From a virus (taxonomy: Duplodnaviria > Caudoviricetes), in the IMG/VR virus record IMGVR_UViG_3300030433_001936, positions 1 to 64,000 of that record: DNA of 64,000 nt; one strand, written 5' to 3'. Under the pieces are notes generated by a model. The model saw nothing but the letters and a program-made list of their open reading frames with translations, had not been told where the DNA came from and did no database searches. The translations under genes and the position numbers were made by a program. Positions 37,195 to 46,367 of the stretch are shown piece after piece. The number at the start of each line of letters is the position of its first letter. Within the stretch, counting starts at the first letter, position 1.

Positions 37195-37818
37195 ATGAAT
37201 GAATTGAAAGAACCAAAGCAAATGATTGATGAAGAGCATGAAGAGATTACTATGTCAAAGGCGGGGTGGGTTCATTTGAACTACATCAATGTCTGCCGAC
37301 AATATCGGGCTAGTGATTTCATCAAAGCACGAAGACCAATGGACTCGCACTATCTCTTCGGAGTATTGGATGAGTTGTTCCACGACAATGGTGGACGGCA
37401 CTTGGAAGCATTCGTTCACTTGTTCATTCAAGATGAACCTGACCATGACTGTGAAGACGAAGACTTTGATGAGTGGGAAGACGAATGTGGTGGTTGCAAC
37501 CATATGCACAGGGCTGACAATCGTGGTATGACTGACCAATTCATGAGCGAGTTTGAAGACTTCTGTGCGGGGTTCAAGATGACATGGATGATGGGTGGTG
37601 AATCACTACCGCTTGAACAAAAGCGAATGATGTTCCCACTCATCGTTGACTTCGTCAACCGCACTCGGGACTTCTTGATTGATGACGAAAGCGATGACAC
37701 CAAGTACATTGGTCGTTGGACTATGCGAAAATTGGATTCCAAATATCCACTGTTCTTTGGCAACGATGCCATTGATAACTACATCTCCACATACACTGTG
37801 AAGGAGGAAGAAGAATGA
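37195..37818 (+). CDS. Hypothetical acidic protein
   Basis: Start moved to ATG 37195 behind the promoter and GGTGA RBS; ends VKEEEE. Confidence 0.7.
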   Translation: MNELKEPKQMIDEEHEEITMSKAGWVHLNYINVCRQYRASDFIKARRPMDSHYLFGVLDELFHDNGGRHLEAFVHLFIQDEPDHDCEDEDFDEWEDECGGCNHMHRADNRGMTDQFMSEFEDFCAGFKMTWMMGGESLPLEQKRMMFPLIVDFVNRTRDFLIDDESDDTKYIGRWTMRKLDSKYPLFFGNDAIDNYISTYTVKEEEE

Positions 37819-38072
37819 ACGGAGAAGAGAAACACATACACGAAATTGTACGAAAATGGAAGCGACAACATGGGGGAAGCGGTGGTGAAACTGCTATCGT
37901 GAAACTCATCAAAGCCATGTGCGACTGTGGTCTGACATCAGCATGCATTGGTGTCCTCGGACAAGGATGGCAACATGACATCAAGACCGTACTCGCTGAC
38001 CAAGATGCACTTGACCGTGTGGCTCGCCACTTGTGGTGGGGCGAAGACCCAGCAAAGGAGGAAGAAGAATGA
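37815..38072 (+). CDS. Hypothetical protein
   Basis: GAAGAAGAATGA junctions at both ends. Confidence 0.65.
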   Translation: MNGEEKHIHEIVRKWKRQHGGSGGETAIVKLIKAMCDCGLTSACIGVLGQGWQHDIKTVLADQDALDRVARHLWWGEDPAKEEEE

Positions 38073-38377
38073 GGCGAAGGATGAACACACTAAGCGGAAA
38101 CGGATGCAGTCTTGACCATGCAATGTTGATTGATGTATTGACAATCACACTTGAGCAGGGTCGTGAACAGATTCGTATCATGATGGCTGAAGCCAATGGT
38201 CTTGATGGCAGGTTGTTGCATATCAAGTGGGAACGGATTGAACAAATGGTTCAACATATATCTGATGTGGCTTCGTTGCTTCATGTGCTTCAGCACATGA
38301 CCACTGACAAAAGACAAGAAGGATTCCGATGGGAAAACCTACCACTAACCGAAGGAGATGAAAACAATGATGAGTAA
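38069..38377 (+). CDS. Hypothetical helical protein
   Basis: Start moved to the ATGA overlap at 38069. Confidence 0.6.
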   Translation: MRRRMNTLSGNGCSLDHAMLIDVLTITLEQGREQIRIMMAEANGLDGRLLHIKWERIEQMVQHISDVASLLHVLQHMTTDKRQEGFRWENLPLTEGDENNDE

Positions 38378-38951
38378 AGGAATATGCACGGGAGAAAACA
38401 AGTACGCTGAAAGCCGAGTATATGTGGCATGCCTCGGATGCTACAACGAAGGAAGGCTGACAGGGAAGACGATGACATCAAACGAACTATCGGAAGCGTT
38501 GTTGAAAGCCAACGACTATGATGGTGATGAGTGGCATTTGCATCTTCATGGATGCAATCAGCCTGACCATGATGAGTGGGCTATCCATGATTATGATGGG
38601 GACATCGCTAGGGTGATGTCATCGGAACACCCCGACCTTCCAGACCTGATATGGATGATGGACTTCGTTGATACTCAAACCAATGCCGTTCCTGCCATTC
38701 AGTTGGCATGGGGTATCCACAACATTCCAACGCCTGATGACATTGAACATGTCTATGAGAACATGGAAATCATAGAAGACATTGCTGATTGGGCATATGA
38801 AACCTGCAAAGACTGTGGGTATTTTGAAGAACCGAATGGTTGGCATCCAATCAACTACATTGATTGGGAACGAGTGGGCAATGATATGCTCATGGATTAT
38901 CACTACCAACAGTATGGCAACTACACATACGCCATCCACAGTATGGCGTGA
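38358..38951 (+). CDS. ardA: ArdA-like antirestriction DNA-mimic protein
   Basis: RVYVACLGCYNEGRLTG, EWAIHDYD, NYIDWERVGNDM; acidic. Confidence 0.8.
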   Translation: MKTMMSKGICTGENKYAESRVYVACLGCYNEGRLTGKTMTSNELSEALLKANDYDGDEWHLHLHGCNQPDHDEWAIHDYDGDIARVMSSEHPDLPDLIWMMDFVDTQTNAVPAIQLAWGIHNIPTPDDIEHVYENMEIIEDIADWAYETCKDCGYFEEPNGWHPINYIDWERVGNDMLMDYHYQQYGNYTYAIHSMA

Positions 38952-38978
38952 AATGATGATAGTCGTTGAAATGGGGGA

Positions 38979-39215
38979 ATGAACATGGGAAGAACATACA
39001 GTTATGAAACAACATGGGAACAGATTGAGACTATGCTTGACAGAGCGGAACGGGAAGCCAACAGGCATCTATCAGCGTTGAACGCGACCAAAGACCGCCA
39101 TCAAAAGATGTTTCACATGAGGAACTACAAAGCCTTGCAAGGTGTTATCACTGCACTGCGTTGGACTCTTGGCGATGTCAGTATCTCCGAGAACAAGTTA
39201 TTAGGTCGTGATTGA
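38979..39215 (+). CDS. Hypothetical helical protein
   Basis: 78 aa with upstream GGGGA RBS; RNYKALQGVITALRWTLGD. Confidence 0.65.
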   Translation: MNMGRTYSYETTWEQIETMLDRAEREANRHLSALNATKDRHQKMFHMRNYKALQGVITALRWTLGDVSISENKLLGRD

Positions 39216-39219
39216 CCGA

Positions 39220-39252
39220 TTAAATACCCCTCAACCGACACCATTTATGGTG
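39220..39252 (+). promoter_or_regulatory. Early promoter cassette
   Basis: TTAAATACCCCTC-AACCGA-CACCAT-TT-ATGGTG. Confidence 0.8.
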
Positions 39253-39259
39253 AAAGTGA

Positions 39260-39442
39260 ATGAACGATGAAGAATATGTCATGATGATTACTGACAAGTG
39301 CGAAGCAACTGGTCATGTGTGGAAATTGAAGTCCTGCACAGTATGTGCATCCCTTTCTGCCGATAGATACGGTGGAGAGAACTGTGAGAAATGTGGGGGA
39401 GTTCACAGGAAAGGACAAATCTGCCCCCTTTATGGAGAGTGA
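39260..39442 (+). CDS. Small Cys-rich protein
   Basis: CTVC..CEKC..H..C behind the promoter cassette. Confidence 0.55.
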   Translation: MNDEEYVMMITDKCEATGHVWKLKSCTVCASLSADRYGGENCEKCGGVHRKGQICPLYGE

Positions 39443-39446
39443 AACG

Positions 39447-39755
39447 ATGACGAAGAAACTAAACTTAACCGTTGAATGTGCCGATGGATACCGTATATCC
39501 ATTCAAGCGAGCCAATATCACTACTGTAGTCCCCGTGTGGATTATCCATTGGATGGATACACTGTAGTGGAATTGGGCTTCCCTTCGGAAGCCGATGATT
39601 TGATTCAACCATATGCAGAATCACCAGACGACCCGTGTGGAACTGTATATGGATTCGTGCCATCTAGTGTGGTGCTTGAACTGTTGACCAAACATGGCGG
39701 GATGGTCAAGGGAGAATTACCGCCACTAAACACAAAAGGAAGTGAAGAAGAATGA
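39447..39755 (+). CDS. Conserved phage-type hypothetical protein
   Basis: ISIQASQYHYCSPR..VELGFPS..TVYGFVP..KHGG; start moved to 39447. Confidence 0.7.
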   Translation: MTKKLNLTVECADGYRISIQASQYHYCSPRVDYPLDGYTVVELGFPSEADDLIQPYAESPDDPCGTVYGFVPSSVVLELLTKHGGMVKGELPPLNTKGSEEE

Positions 39756-40129
39756 GCGAAGCGAAGAGAATAATTGGAACGATTGCCAATGGACTGAAGG
39801 ATGGAGATGAGTTTCATTTCCATTATTTTGACAAGCCTGTTGGTTGCCAGATAACCAGTTGGAATGGAGAGAACGACAGTGCATCCTGCATCAACATATG
39901 GATGGATGGAAGCACTTCAGCATACATCAGCAATGGTGGCATGAGCAACGAGTACGCTGCCCTGATTGTGGTGCAGACCATCGTTGAACATGTTGTTGAG
40001 AAGGACTACGGTGATGGCAAAGCCCATCAAATTCATGCTGAATTTTGGGAGTCAATTGACACTGACCCGTGGCTCAATGCCATTTGGATGGAGAACGCAG
40101 ACAACAGGAAGAAGGAGGAAGAAGAATGA
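39752..40129 (+). CDS. Hypothetical protein
   Basis: GAAGAAGAATGA junctions at both ends. Confidence 0.65.
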   Translation: MSEAKRIIGTIANGLKDGDEFHFHYFDKPVGCQITSWNGENDSASCINIWMDGSTSAYISNGGMSNEYAALIVVQTIVEHVVEKDYGDGKAHQIHAEFWESIDTDPWLNAIWMENADNRKKEEEE

Positions 40130-40542
40130 AGGCGATGACGCAAAATGGAGAAATGGAAGTCATTCCATATGACTTCAGCGAATGGAAAGAGAATGATGAT
40201 GATGGCTACACACAGATGTGTGTCTGGCCTAGTACCATCGTTGAGCCTTGTGATGAAGAAAAAGTGCAGGAATGGTTCACGGAAGCATTCGGATTGAAGA
40301 ATCCAGTCCACATAGTGGGTTGTGTTATCACACAACCAGACAAAGTGAATGGAGAACCTGTGCCAGATACGGGTGGTCGTTGCGACTTCCTGTTCTTTGT
40401 ACACAATGATGACATTGGCAGGTTCGCAGTACCACGATTACAGTATGGAATATCGTGGTGGGAAGATGTCGTTGGCAACAAGAGGCACAAGATATATCCG
40501 AGCAGTTTCTTGAGTGAAGCGAAAGAGGTGTACTCGTGGTAA
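40126..40542 (+). CDS. Conserved phage-type hypothetical protein
   Basis: GGRCDFLFFVHNDDIGRFAVPRLQYGISWWEDV; start moved to 40126. Confidence 0.7.
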   Translation: MKAMTQNGEMEVIPYDFSEWKENDDDGYTQMCVWPSTIVEPCDEEKVQEWFTEAFGLKNPVHIVGCVITQPDKVNGEPVPDTGGRCDFLFFVHNDDIGRFAVPRLQYGISWWEDVVGNKRHKIYPSSFLSEAKEVYSW

Positions 40543-40561
40543 GGGGATGGTGTTGGGGTCA

Positions 40562-40595
40562 TTAAATACCCCTCCCCGACCACCATAAATGGTGG
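40562..40595 (+). promoter_or_regulatory. Early promoter cassette
   Basis: TTAAATACCCCTC-CCCGAC-CACCAT-AA-ATGGTG. Confidence 0.8.
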
Positions 40596-40635
40596 GGAAC
40601 ACCAACAAACAACCAAAGAAAAAAGGTGAAGAAAA

Positions 40636-41403
40636 ATGAGCGAAGGAAACGAAGCAAACAACGAAGCAAGCAACGGAACAAACATGATTGAGTTGGGTAT
40701 TCAAGCGGTTGTCAAAGACGCTGTTGATGCCAAGTTCAATGATTGGGTGCAGTCGGGATTTGACCCGTCAGCAATCAACCCCAAGTTGTCCGATGAACAG
40801 ATTGAGCAAGTGAAGGAAGCCATCATGGATGACATCTTGGATGACCTTGACATTGATGCGATTGTCAGCAACATCACCGATGGTGATACCGATTGGGTTT
40901 GGGAAGTCGTCCAAAACAAGTTCTCAAACGGACACATTGACCTATCAGATTACATTGATGCTGATGACATGTTGTACCACATGAGCAGTTATGACCTTTG
41001 GGAAAAGGTTTCAGACCACATTGATTACGATGACATTGCCTACAACCTTGATGTTGATGACAAAGTGGTATCTGCATTGCAGGATTATGCCAATGGTGGT
41101 GGATGTGAAGAAGTCGGCAGAATTGCATGGCGTGGTCTTGAACACTGTGCCAACCAATCCGACAACAAATATGTCATCCTGACCCGTGAAGACTATGACC
41201 GAATCATGGAAGTGGTGAACATGATTAAGCCACTGCCACCACAGCCTCCGACCAACCGTGATGTTGTGGATGGACTTGTCGCTAACATGGATGTTGCCGA
41301 ACTCCAAGCGATGATTGCCGTGTCTGTTGCTGACAAAGCCAAGCGTGATGCCGAAGCACAAACAACCGAAGGTGGTTCTGATGGCAATTCAGATAACAAC
41401 TGA
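40636..41403 (+). CDS. Highly acidic protein with about 9-residue periodic repeats
   Basis: LDIDAI..IDADDM..IDYDDI..LDVDDK. Confidence 0.75.
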   Translation: MSEGNEANNEASNGTNMIELGIQAVVKDAVDAKFNDWVQSGFDPSAINPKLSDEQIEQVKEAIMDDILDDLDIDAIVSNITDGDTDWVWEVVQNKFSNGHIDLSDYIDADDMLYHMSSYDLWEKVSDHIDYDDIAYNLDVDDKVVSALQDYANGGGCEEVGRIAWRGLEHCANQSDNKYVILTREDYDRIMEVVNMIKPLPPQPPTNRDVVDGLVANMDVAELQAMIAVSVADKAKRDAEAQTTEGGSDGNSDNN

Positions 41404-41680
41404 TGGCAAAATTGTCAAGATGAAAGACCGCCCGACTCTTGCTGAATTGCATGAAGCGGTTGGTGGCTACATTGAGTATGTACCGATTACCGAGTGGGCA
41501 AAGCAACTCACGGGGCATACTCACATGTACTGCAATGACGAAGGAAAATTGATGGGTCTTGAACCGAATCTTCTCGCCACAGAAATGATGCTTAGCGACA
41601 ACGATGTTATCGTTGGCAATGTGGTGTTGATGACTGACGATGATGACCTTGACCGTGAAGCGGATGGGGAGGAAGAATGA
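41381..41680 (+). CDS. DUF3846-like protein
   Basis: PTLAELHEAVGGYIEYV..YCNDEGKLMGLEPN..IVGNVV; start moved to 41381. Confidence 0.75.
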   Translation: MAIQITTDGKIVKMKDRPTLAELHEAVGGYIEYVPITEWAKQLTGHTHMYCNDEGKLMGLEPNLLATEMMLSDNDVIVGNVVLMTDDDDLDREADGEEE

Positions 41681-41877
41681 GTGTCAGTTTCAAACCTGTG
41701 CCTTGCGTTATCTGTGGAGCAATTTGTGAATCCCTCCTTGATGAGGATGGGAATGTCCGATGGAACATCGGTGAAGAAGCCTGGCCTGTGGCTGATGGTA
41801 GGTGTTGCATGGAGTGTTATCATGACCTCGTGCTACCGCGCCGTATCTATGAAACAGAGCAACCACAAAGGAAGTGA
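41677..41877 (+). CDS. Small Zn-finger-like protein
   Basis: CVICG..AWPVADGRCCMEC. Confidence 0.6.
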   Translation: MSVSFKPVPCVICGAICESLLDEDGNVRWNIGEEAWPVADGRCCMECYHDLVLPRRIYETEQPQRK

Positions 41878-41883
41878 AGAAAA

Positions 41884-42021
41884 ATGAGTGAAGAAAGAGA
41901 GATGAAGACATACACGCTGACCATTATCATGGACGCTGTTGATGAAGACGATTTCGTTGACGCAGTTCTTGAGATGAATCACGGTGAACTAAAGCAACAT
42001 GTGGAGTGTGAAGAAGAATGA
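41884..42021 (+). CDS. Small hypothetical protein (45 aa, absent from ORF track)
   Basis: MSEEREMKTYTLTII..ECEEE; RBS GGAAGTGA and an ATGA overlap with the next gene. Confidence 0.5.
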   Translation: MSEEREMKTYTLTIIMDAVDEDDFVDAVLEMNHGELKQHVECEEE

Positions 42022-42371
42022 ATCTATTGGAATTGGCAAAAGAGATTGAAGAACTGAAAGCAAAGGCGGATGCCTTTGACGACATCTATGCCTATTTGGA
42101 ATCAAAGGCTCACATGAGTCAGCATGATGCCGATGAGTTCTATGCCGTCCGTTGGTTGATGCAGAATCGTGGTGCATCATTGTTTGATGCACCGTTCAAC
42201 ATCGCTTCGTTTGAAGAAGACCCACTGTTGTCTGATTTTGATGATGAGAATTGGGACATGAACATGTCCGAAGCCGAAGAACGACGACTGTATCTGTTGG
42301 AAAAGGAACGGGTATCAGGTCTTGACAAAGCGGAGTTGTATGAGTTGACATTTGGGAGTGAAGAAGAATGA
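42018..42371 (+). CDS. Hypothetical acidic protein
   Basis: GAAGAAGAATGA junctions at both ends. Confidence 0.65.
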   Translation: MNLLELAKEIEELKAKADAFDDIYAYLESKAHMSQHDADEFYAVRWLMQNRGASLFDAPFNIASFEEDPLLSDFDDENWDMNMSEAEERRLYLLEKERVSGLDKAELYELTFGSEEE

Positions 42372-42718
42372 ATGAAGATGTGAAGACATACTGTGGAATT
42401 GCGGATGCACATGGACTTGAGTCCTTTATGGAATGTGAAGGGATGGGTTCAGCCCCATTCACTCTGACCATGCGAGCGCAATTGAACCGACAACGACACG
42501 CTATGGTCTATTGGGTTGAACTACCCGATGACAAAGCGGATGAAATGAGGAATGCTATCAAGCAAGCACAAGCGGATGGGAACTGGCATGAGCCATTGTT
42601 GCTCTTGAAGAATCCCGACTTCTGTGAAACAGTGTCATTTGAACATGACATGCGGAACAGTTGGGATATGATACCCAATGACAGACTTGACCCTTATTGG
42701 GGAGGTGAAGAAGAATGA
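42368..42718 (+). CDS. Conserved phage-type hypothetical protein
   Basis: YCGIADAHGLESF..RAQLNRQRHAMVYWVEL. Confidence 0.7.
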   Translation: MNEDVKTYCGIADAHGLESFMECEGMGSAPFTLTMRAQLNRQRHAMVYWVELPDDKADEMRNAIKQAQADGNWHEPLLLLKNPDFCETVSFEHDMRNSWDMIPNDRLDPYWGGEEE

Positions 42719-42975
42719 CTGTAAAGTGGAAGTGTCCGTGTTGTGGATTTGAAGGTGATTGGGAAGACCATGCCATACCTGTTCTTGATGACAAAGATGC
42801 GGTCTGTGAACATTGCATCATAATCGTGAAGGGTGGTGCTATATCTGTTGATGCCGACTTGTGTGAGTTCTGTAGCGATGCATTGGCTGATTGCCGAATC
42901 TATGCTGAAGACACACACCGAGTCTGTAAAGCATGCAAAGAGCAGTCGGATAAGGAAACGGGGTGGTGGATGTGA
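42715..42975 (+). CDS. Small Cys-rich protein
   Basis: Four CxxC pairs. Confidence 0.6.
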   Translation: MTVKWKCPCCGFEGDWEDHAIPVLDDKDAVCEHCIIIVKGGAISVDADLCEFCSDALADCRIYAEDTHRVCKACKEQSDKETGWWM

Positions 42976-43487
42976 ATATCTTCGTACTTGATGAAGACCC
43001 ATTCGTAGCAGCCACTATGATGGACTGTCAGCGTGTGCCGAAGATGATTGTGGAAACCGCTCAAATGATGGCGTGTGCTGTACTGCGTCATGGTGCTACC
43101 GAAGCACAGATGCCATTGACAAAGAAGGGAACGCCATACCGTGGTGGCTACGCCAACCACCCATGCAGTAAATGGGCTGGTGATTGCCGTGAAAATTTCC
43201 ATTGGCTTGCTAAGCATGGCATTGAACTATGTCGTGAATATGAAAAGCGGTTTGGCAAAAACCATGTCAGTCGTAAAGCCATTGTCAAAATGGGGTTGGT
43301 CGGTTTGACACTCATTCCCGAAAACGGTTCTATGACACCGTTTGCTCAAGCCATGCCTGACGAGTTCAAGCATGATGATGCCGTTGTCGCATACCGACGA
43401 TACTACAAATCAAAGGACAATGTTCATTACCGCCACACTGAAGCCCCATCATGGTTCACCCAACGGGTGAACCTGTTTGCTTTTTGA
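42972..43487 (+). CDS. Pyrimidine-dimer DNA glycosylase (T4 endonuclease V-like family)
   Basis: (M)NIFVLD..KMIVETAQM..NHPCSKW..ELCREYEKRFGKNH..TPFAQAMPDE..VVAYRRYY. Confidence 0.8.
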   Translation: MNIFVLDEDPFVAATMMDCQRVPKMIVETAQMMACAVLRHGATEAQMPLTKKGTPYRGGYANHPCSKWAGDCRENFHWLAKHGIELCREYEKRFGKNHVSRKAIVKMGLVGLTLIPENGSMTPFAQAMPDEFKHDDAVVAYRRYYKSKDNVHYRHTEAPSWFTQRVNLFAF

Positions 43488-43498
43488 GGTGATTCAAC

Positions 43499-43840
43499 AT
43501 GACAGTTGAGAGCAACCCGTATATTGGAGACGCTAATTTCACATGGAAACTAGCACCCAAAGACATTGATGATGAAGGCATGTACTCATTGGTTGGCATC
43601 CGTTCAGACCTCATCGGAACGGAACTCCGTCCACCACCGCCTGACCACAATGACATGTATCCAGTCATCGCTATGAAGCGAGCAAAAGACTGCGAAGGAT
43701 TCAATAGATGCCCATCATGTGCCAAGCGTGTTGAGCCAAACAGACCTGTGTTTGCAGTTGGTCGGTGGATTGTTCTGCCGTGCCGTTTGTGCAACCAGTG
43801 GGTTTGGAAGGCAACAAACGCACTTGAGGGCAACGAATGA
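43499..43840 (+). CDS. Hypothetical protein with Zn ribbon
   Basis: CPSC..CRLC; GAGGTGA RBS. Confidence 0.65.
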   Translation: MTVESNPYIGDANFTWKLAPKDIDDEGMYSLVGIRSDLIGTELRPPPPDHNDMYPVIAMKRAKDCEGFNRCPSCAKRVEPNRPVFAVGRWIVLPCRLCNQWVWKATNALEGNE

Positions 43841-44565
43841 GAGAAGAAACCGATTGGCAACCAACGGAAGAAGAAGTGGCGTGGACTCGCGCTGCTGTTG
43901 AACAGTTAGATGATGACGGTGGCGTATGGTCGCCACATGGTCTTGAATACCAGCGTCATGGCAACTCGCTGAAACTCGTCAGCATGGTGCATCATGCGGG
44001 TACAGTGGAAGCCCACTCCCGCATCTGCAAAGTCATGGATGATATGGGGTGGGCTGTGCATGATGATAGTGTTGAGCGTGTATCACACGAAGTCCCACCC
44101 GAACTGATTGCTTCCCAACAGGAAGAGGAACTGAAGCGTATCCAACACATCGTATCTGGATGGCTTTGCACTAACGAAGAGTGTGGAGAACATATCGTCA
44201 ACATGCCACTACATGATGTGGCGTGGGTCAATCACGGAAAACAACCGTTTGTCAATCCCCAAACAGGGGACGAAGGGGAAGCCGACAGGTGGCTTGCCCA
44301 CATTCACTGCCACAGTTGTGGTACAGAGATTCAGATGAACCCGCTAGACTATGGCTATATCGCGGGCGAGGATTTGTTTTACACTTGGAGATACAGTCCC
44401 ACGCATGCGTGGCGAGTTCTGACAAGAGAATCAACGGTTGCTTTGATAGACTCGGGTGAGTCTGGCACAGCACTGGGTTCATTCTATGATGATAATGAGG
44501 TGCCTCCCCACATGCAAGGCACATATTGTCAACAGATTCTGTTATCAGAACTTGAAGAAGAATGA
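43837..44565 (+). CDS. Hypothetical protein with Zn ribbon
   Basis: CTNEEC..CHSC; ends ELEEE. Confidence 0.7.
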   Translation: MREETDWQPTEEEVAWTRAAVEQLDDDGGVWSPHGLEYQRHGNSLKLVSMVHHAGTVEAHSRICKVMDDMGWAVHDDSVERVSHEVPPELIASQQEEELKRIQHIVSGWLCTNEECGEHIVNMPLHDVAWVNHGKQPFVNPQTGDEGEADRWLAHIHCHSCGTEIQMNPLDYGYIAGEDLFYTWRYSPTHAWRVLTRESTVALIDSGESGTALGSFYDDNEVPPHMQGTYCQQILLSELEEE

Positions 44566-44585
44566 CCCCAAAAATTGTCCGTCCA

Positions 44586-44619
44586 TTAAATACCCCTCAA
44601 CCCCCACCATATATGGTGG
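44586..44619 (+). promoter_or_regulatory. Early promoter cassette
   Basis: TTAAATACCCCTC-AACCCC-CACCATATATGGTG; CCACCATATATGGTGG is a perfect 16-bp palindrome. Confidence 0.8.
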
Positions 44620-44625
44620 AAACCA

Positions 44626-46326
44626 ATGGAAAAGAAAGGAAACCAAAGAATTGTGATTGTTGGTGATATTGAATCGTCAAACGATAAGCAAACAAAAGTA
44701 CGATATGAAGCGATTGGCGGTCAACGGATTTGTTATATCCCTCGGCAAGCCATGATTTCAACGACCAAGACCTCTGACGGCAAAACCGCATTCTTGATTG
44801 AGTCATGCGACTTGCAACATGGAAGATATGACATCCATCAGCAGTTCGCTGATGTTAGAGCGCCACAAATCGTTGATGCAGAACACATTGAAGCCGTTGA
44901 AGTCCTTGAGCATGGGGAAGACGGCGCTGAAGAAGTCTTGAACAAGCCTATCCAACCCCCAACGGGTGGTTTGTTCAGCATCGCTAATGGTGGTGCAAAC
45001 AACGACATCAGCGATGATGAAGAAGATTGGGATGACGAAGTCATGCCAACGGATGTAGGCTCATCCATTGAGATTAGCACGATGGATGTTGGTGGCAATG
45101 ACCCCGTTTGGAACGGGGCGTTGACGAAGGGTGGTCGTGATGAGTTGGCTGCTCATGACTGGCGATTTGAGCCAACCATGAAGCCGTTGTTCTCGGCTAT
45201 CCAAGAAAACGAAAACATGGCACCTACCTTCAGCCCTGTGAACGATGCCAAAGGCAACCCAATGGCATTCGGTGTCTTCAATCCGACCTATGCATCTGAA
45301 GCCCGCCCCGAAGGGGCGTTGCTTTCAACGGTGTCTAAGGATTATTTCCCTGTGTCATACCCAACGGTCTTTGACCCGTTGCTTGACATGTCTGCAAAGC
45401 ATGGTTGGAAGGCTTCAGTTACTGCATACAACGAAGGTGGCAAAGCCCGTTTGGATTGTGATGTATCACAAGCCACGCAATCAAAGCAACTCGCTGCTCA
45501 ACGCTTGAAGGACAAAGGACACGCATGGATTAGCACTGATGTCTTCAACGACACCGCCAAGTCCCTTGACGGTCTTTACCGATATGGGTTCAGCGTCAAC
45601 AACTCGCTTGACGGCACTCGTGCCTTGTCGGTTCAAGCCGTAGCAATGCGTGTGTATTGTACCAACCTTGCGGTGATGGGCAATTCACAAACCATCGCTG
45701 CTCTGCGACACCGTAAAGGTGTCATGCAAGACCGCAACTGGAACTCGTTTGCAACGAAGGTCAACGACATCATCATGGACGCACAGAACTCATTGATTGA
45801 GATGGAATTCATGCAACACATCCCTGTGGATGTTCAATTGTTTGAACGCTTGATGACCCTTTGTGAAACAAAGGGATTGATGTCCTGGCCTGCAAAGAAG
45901 CCTGACATCGTCAACGGAAAGAATGTCGGTGAAAAATTGACTGGAGGACACATGTGGCGACTAGCAATGGATGGTTGGACGAAGCCCCAAAACGAATGGG
46001 TCAATGTCAGCGATGAGCAAAGTGGCACACTATACCACGCTTACAATGTTCTGAACGGTGCAATCACCCACCGTCCCGAGTGGTCTGATGGAAAGACGAC
46101 CTTGAAGGGTCGTGCGGTTGGCTTTGACACCCTCAACCGAAGGTTGGGAACTGTTCACAATGTCATGACCGACATCCTTCACACTGCTGCTAACGATTAC
46201 CGCGTTGAAACTGGCGCAAAGAAAATCGGGTTTGACGAATTGAAGGACTTCAATTCATACATCAAGTCGGACGGACTTGGTGTGCTAAACGACATTCCAA
46301 TGGCATCCGAGGTCTTGAACATCTGA
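44626..46326 (+). CDS. DUF932-family protein with extra N-terminal domain and acidic linker
   Basis: TVSKDYFPVSY..YNEGGK..NSLDGTRAL..RVYCTNL..LRH. Confidence 0.7.
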   Translation: MEKKGNQRIVIVGDIESSNDKQTKVRYEAIGGQRICYIPRQAMISTTKTSDGKTAFLIESCDLQHGRYDIHQQFADVRAPQIVDAEHIEAVEVLEHGEDGAEEVLNKPIQPPTGGLFSIANGGANNDISDDEEDWDDEVMPTDVGSSIEISTMDVGGNDPVWNGALTKGGRDELAAHDWRFEPTMKPLFSAIQENENMAPTFSPVNDAKGNPMAFGVFNPTYASEARPEGALLSTVSKDYFPVSYPTVFDPLLDMSAKHGWKASVTAYNEGGKARLDCDVSQATQSKQLAAQRLKDKGHAWISTDVFNDTAKSLDGLYRYGFSVNNSLDGTRALSVQAVAMRVYCTNLAVMGNSQTIAALRHRKGVMQDRNWNSFATKVNDIIMDAQNSLIEMEFMQHIPVDVQLFERLMTLCETKGLMSWPAKKPDIVNGKNVGEKLTGGHMWRLAMDGWTKPQNEWVNVSDEQSGTLYHAYNVLNGAITHRPEWSDGKTTLKGRAVGFDTLNRRLGTVHNVMTDILHTAANDYRVETGAKKIGFDELKDFNSYIKSDGLGVLNDIPMASEVLNI

Positions 46327-46367
46327 TGACCATTTGAAACACACAAAACAAAAGGAAGTGAAAACAC

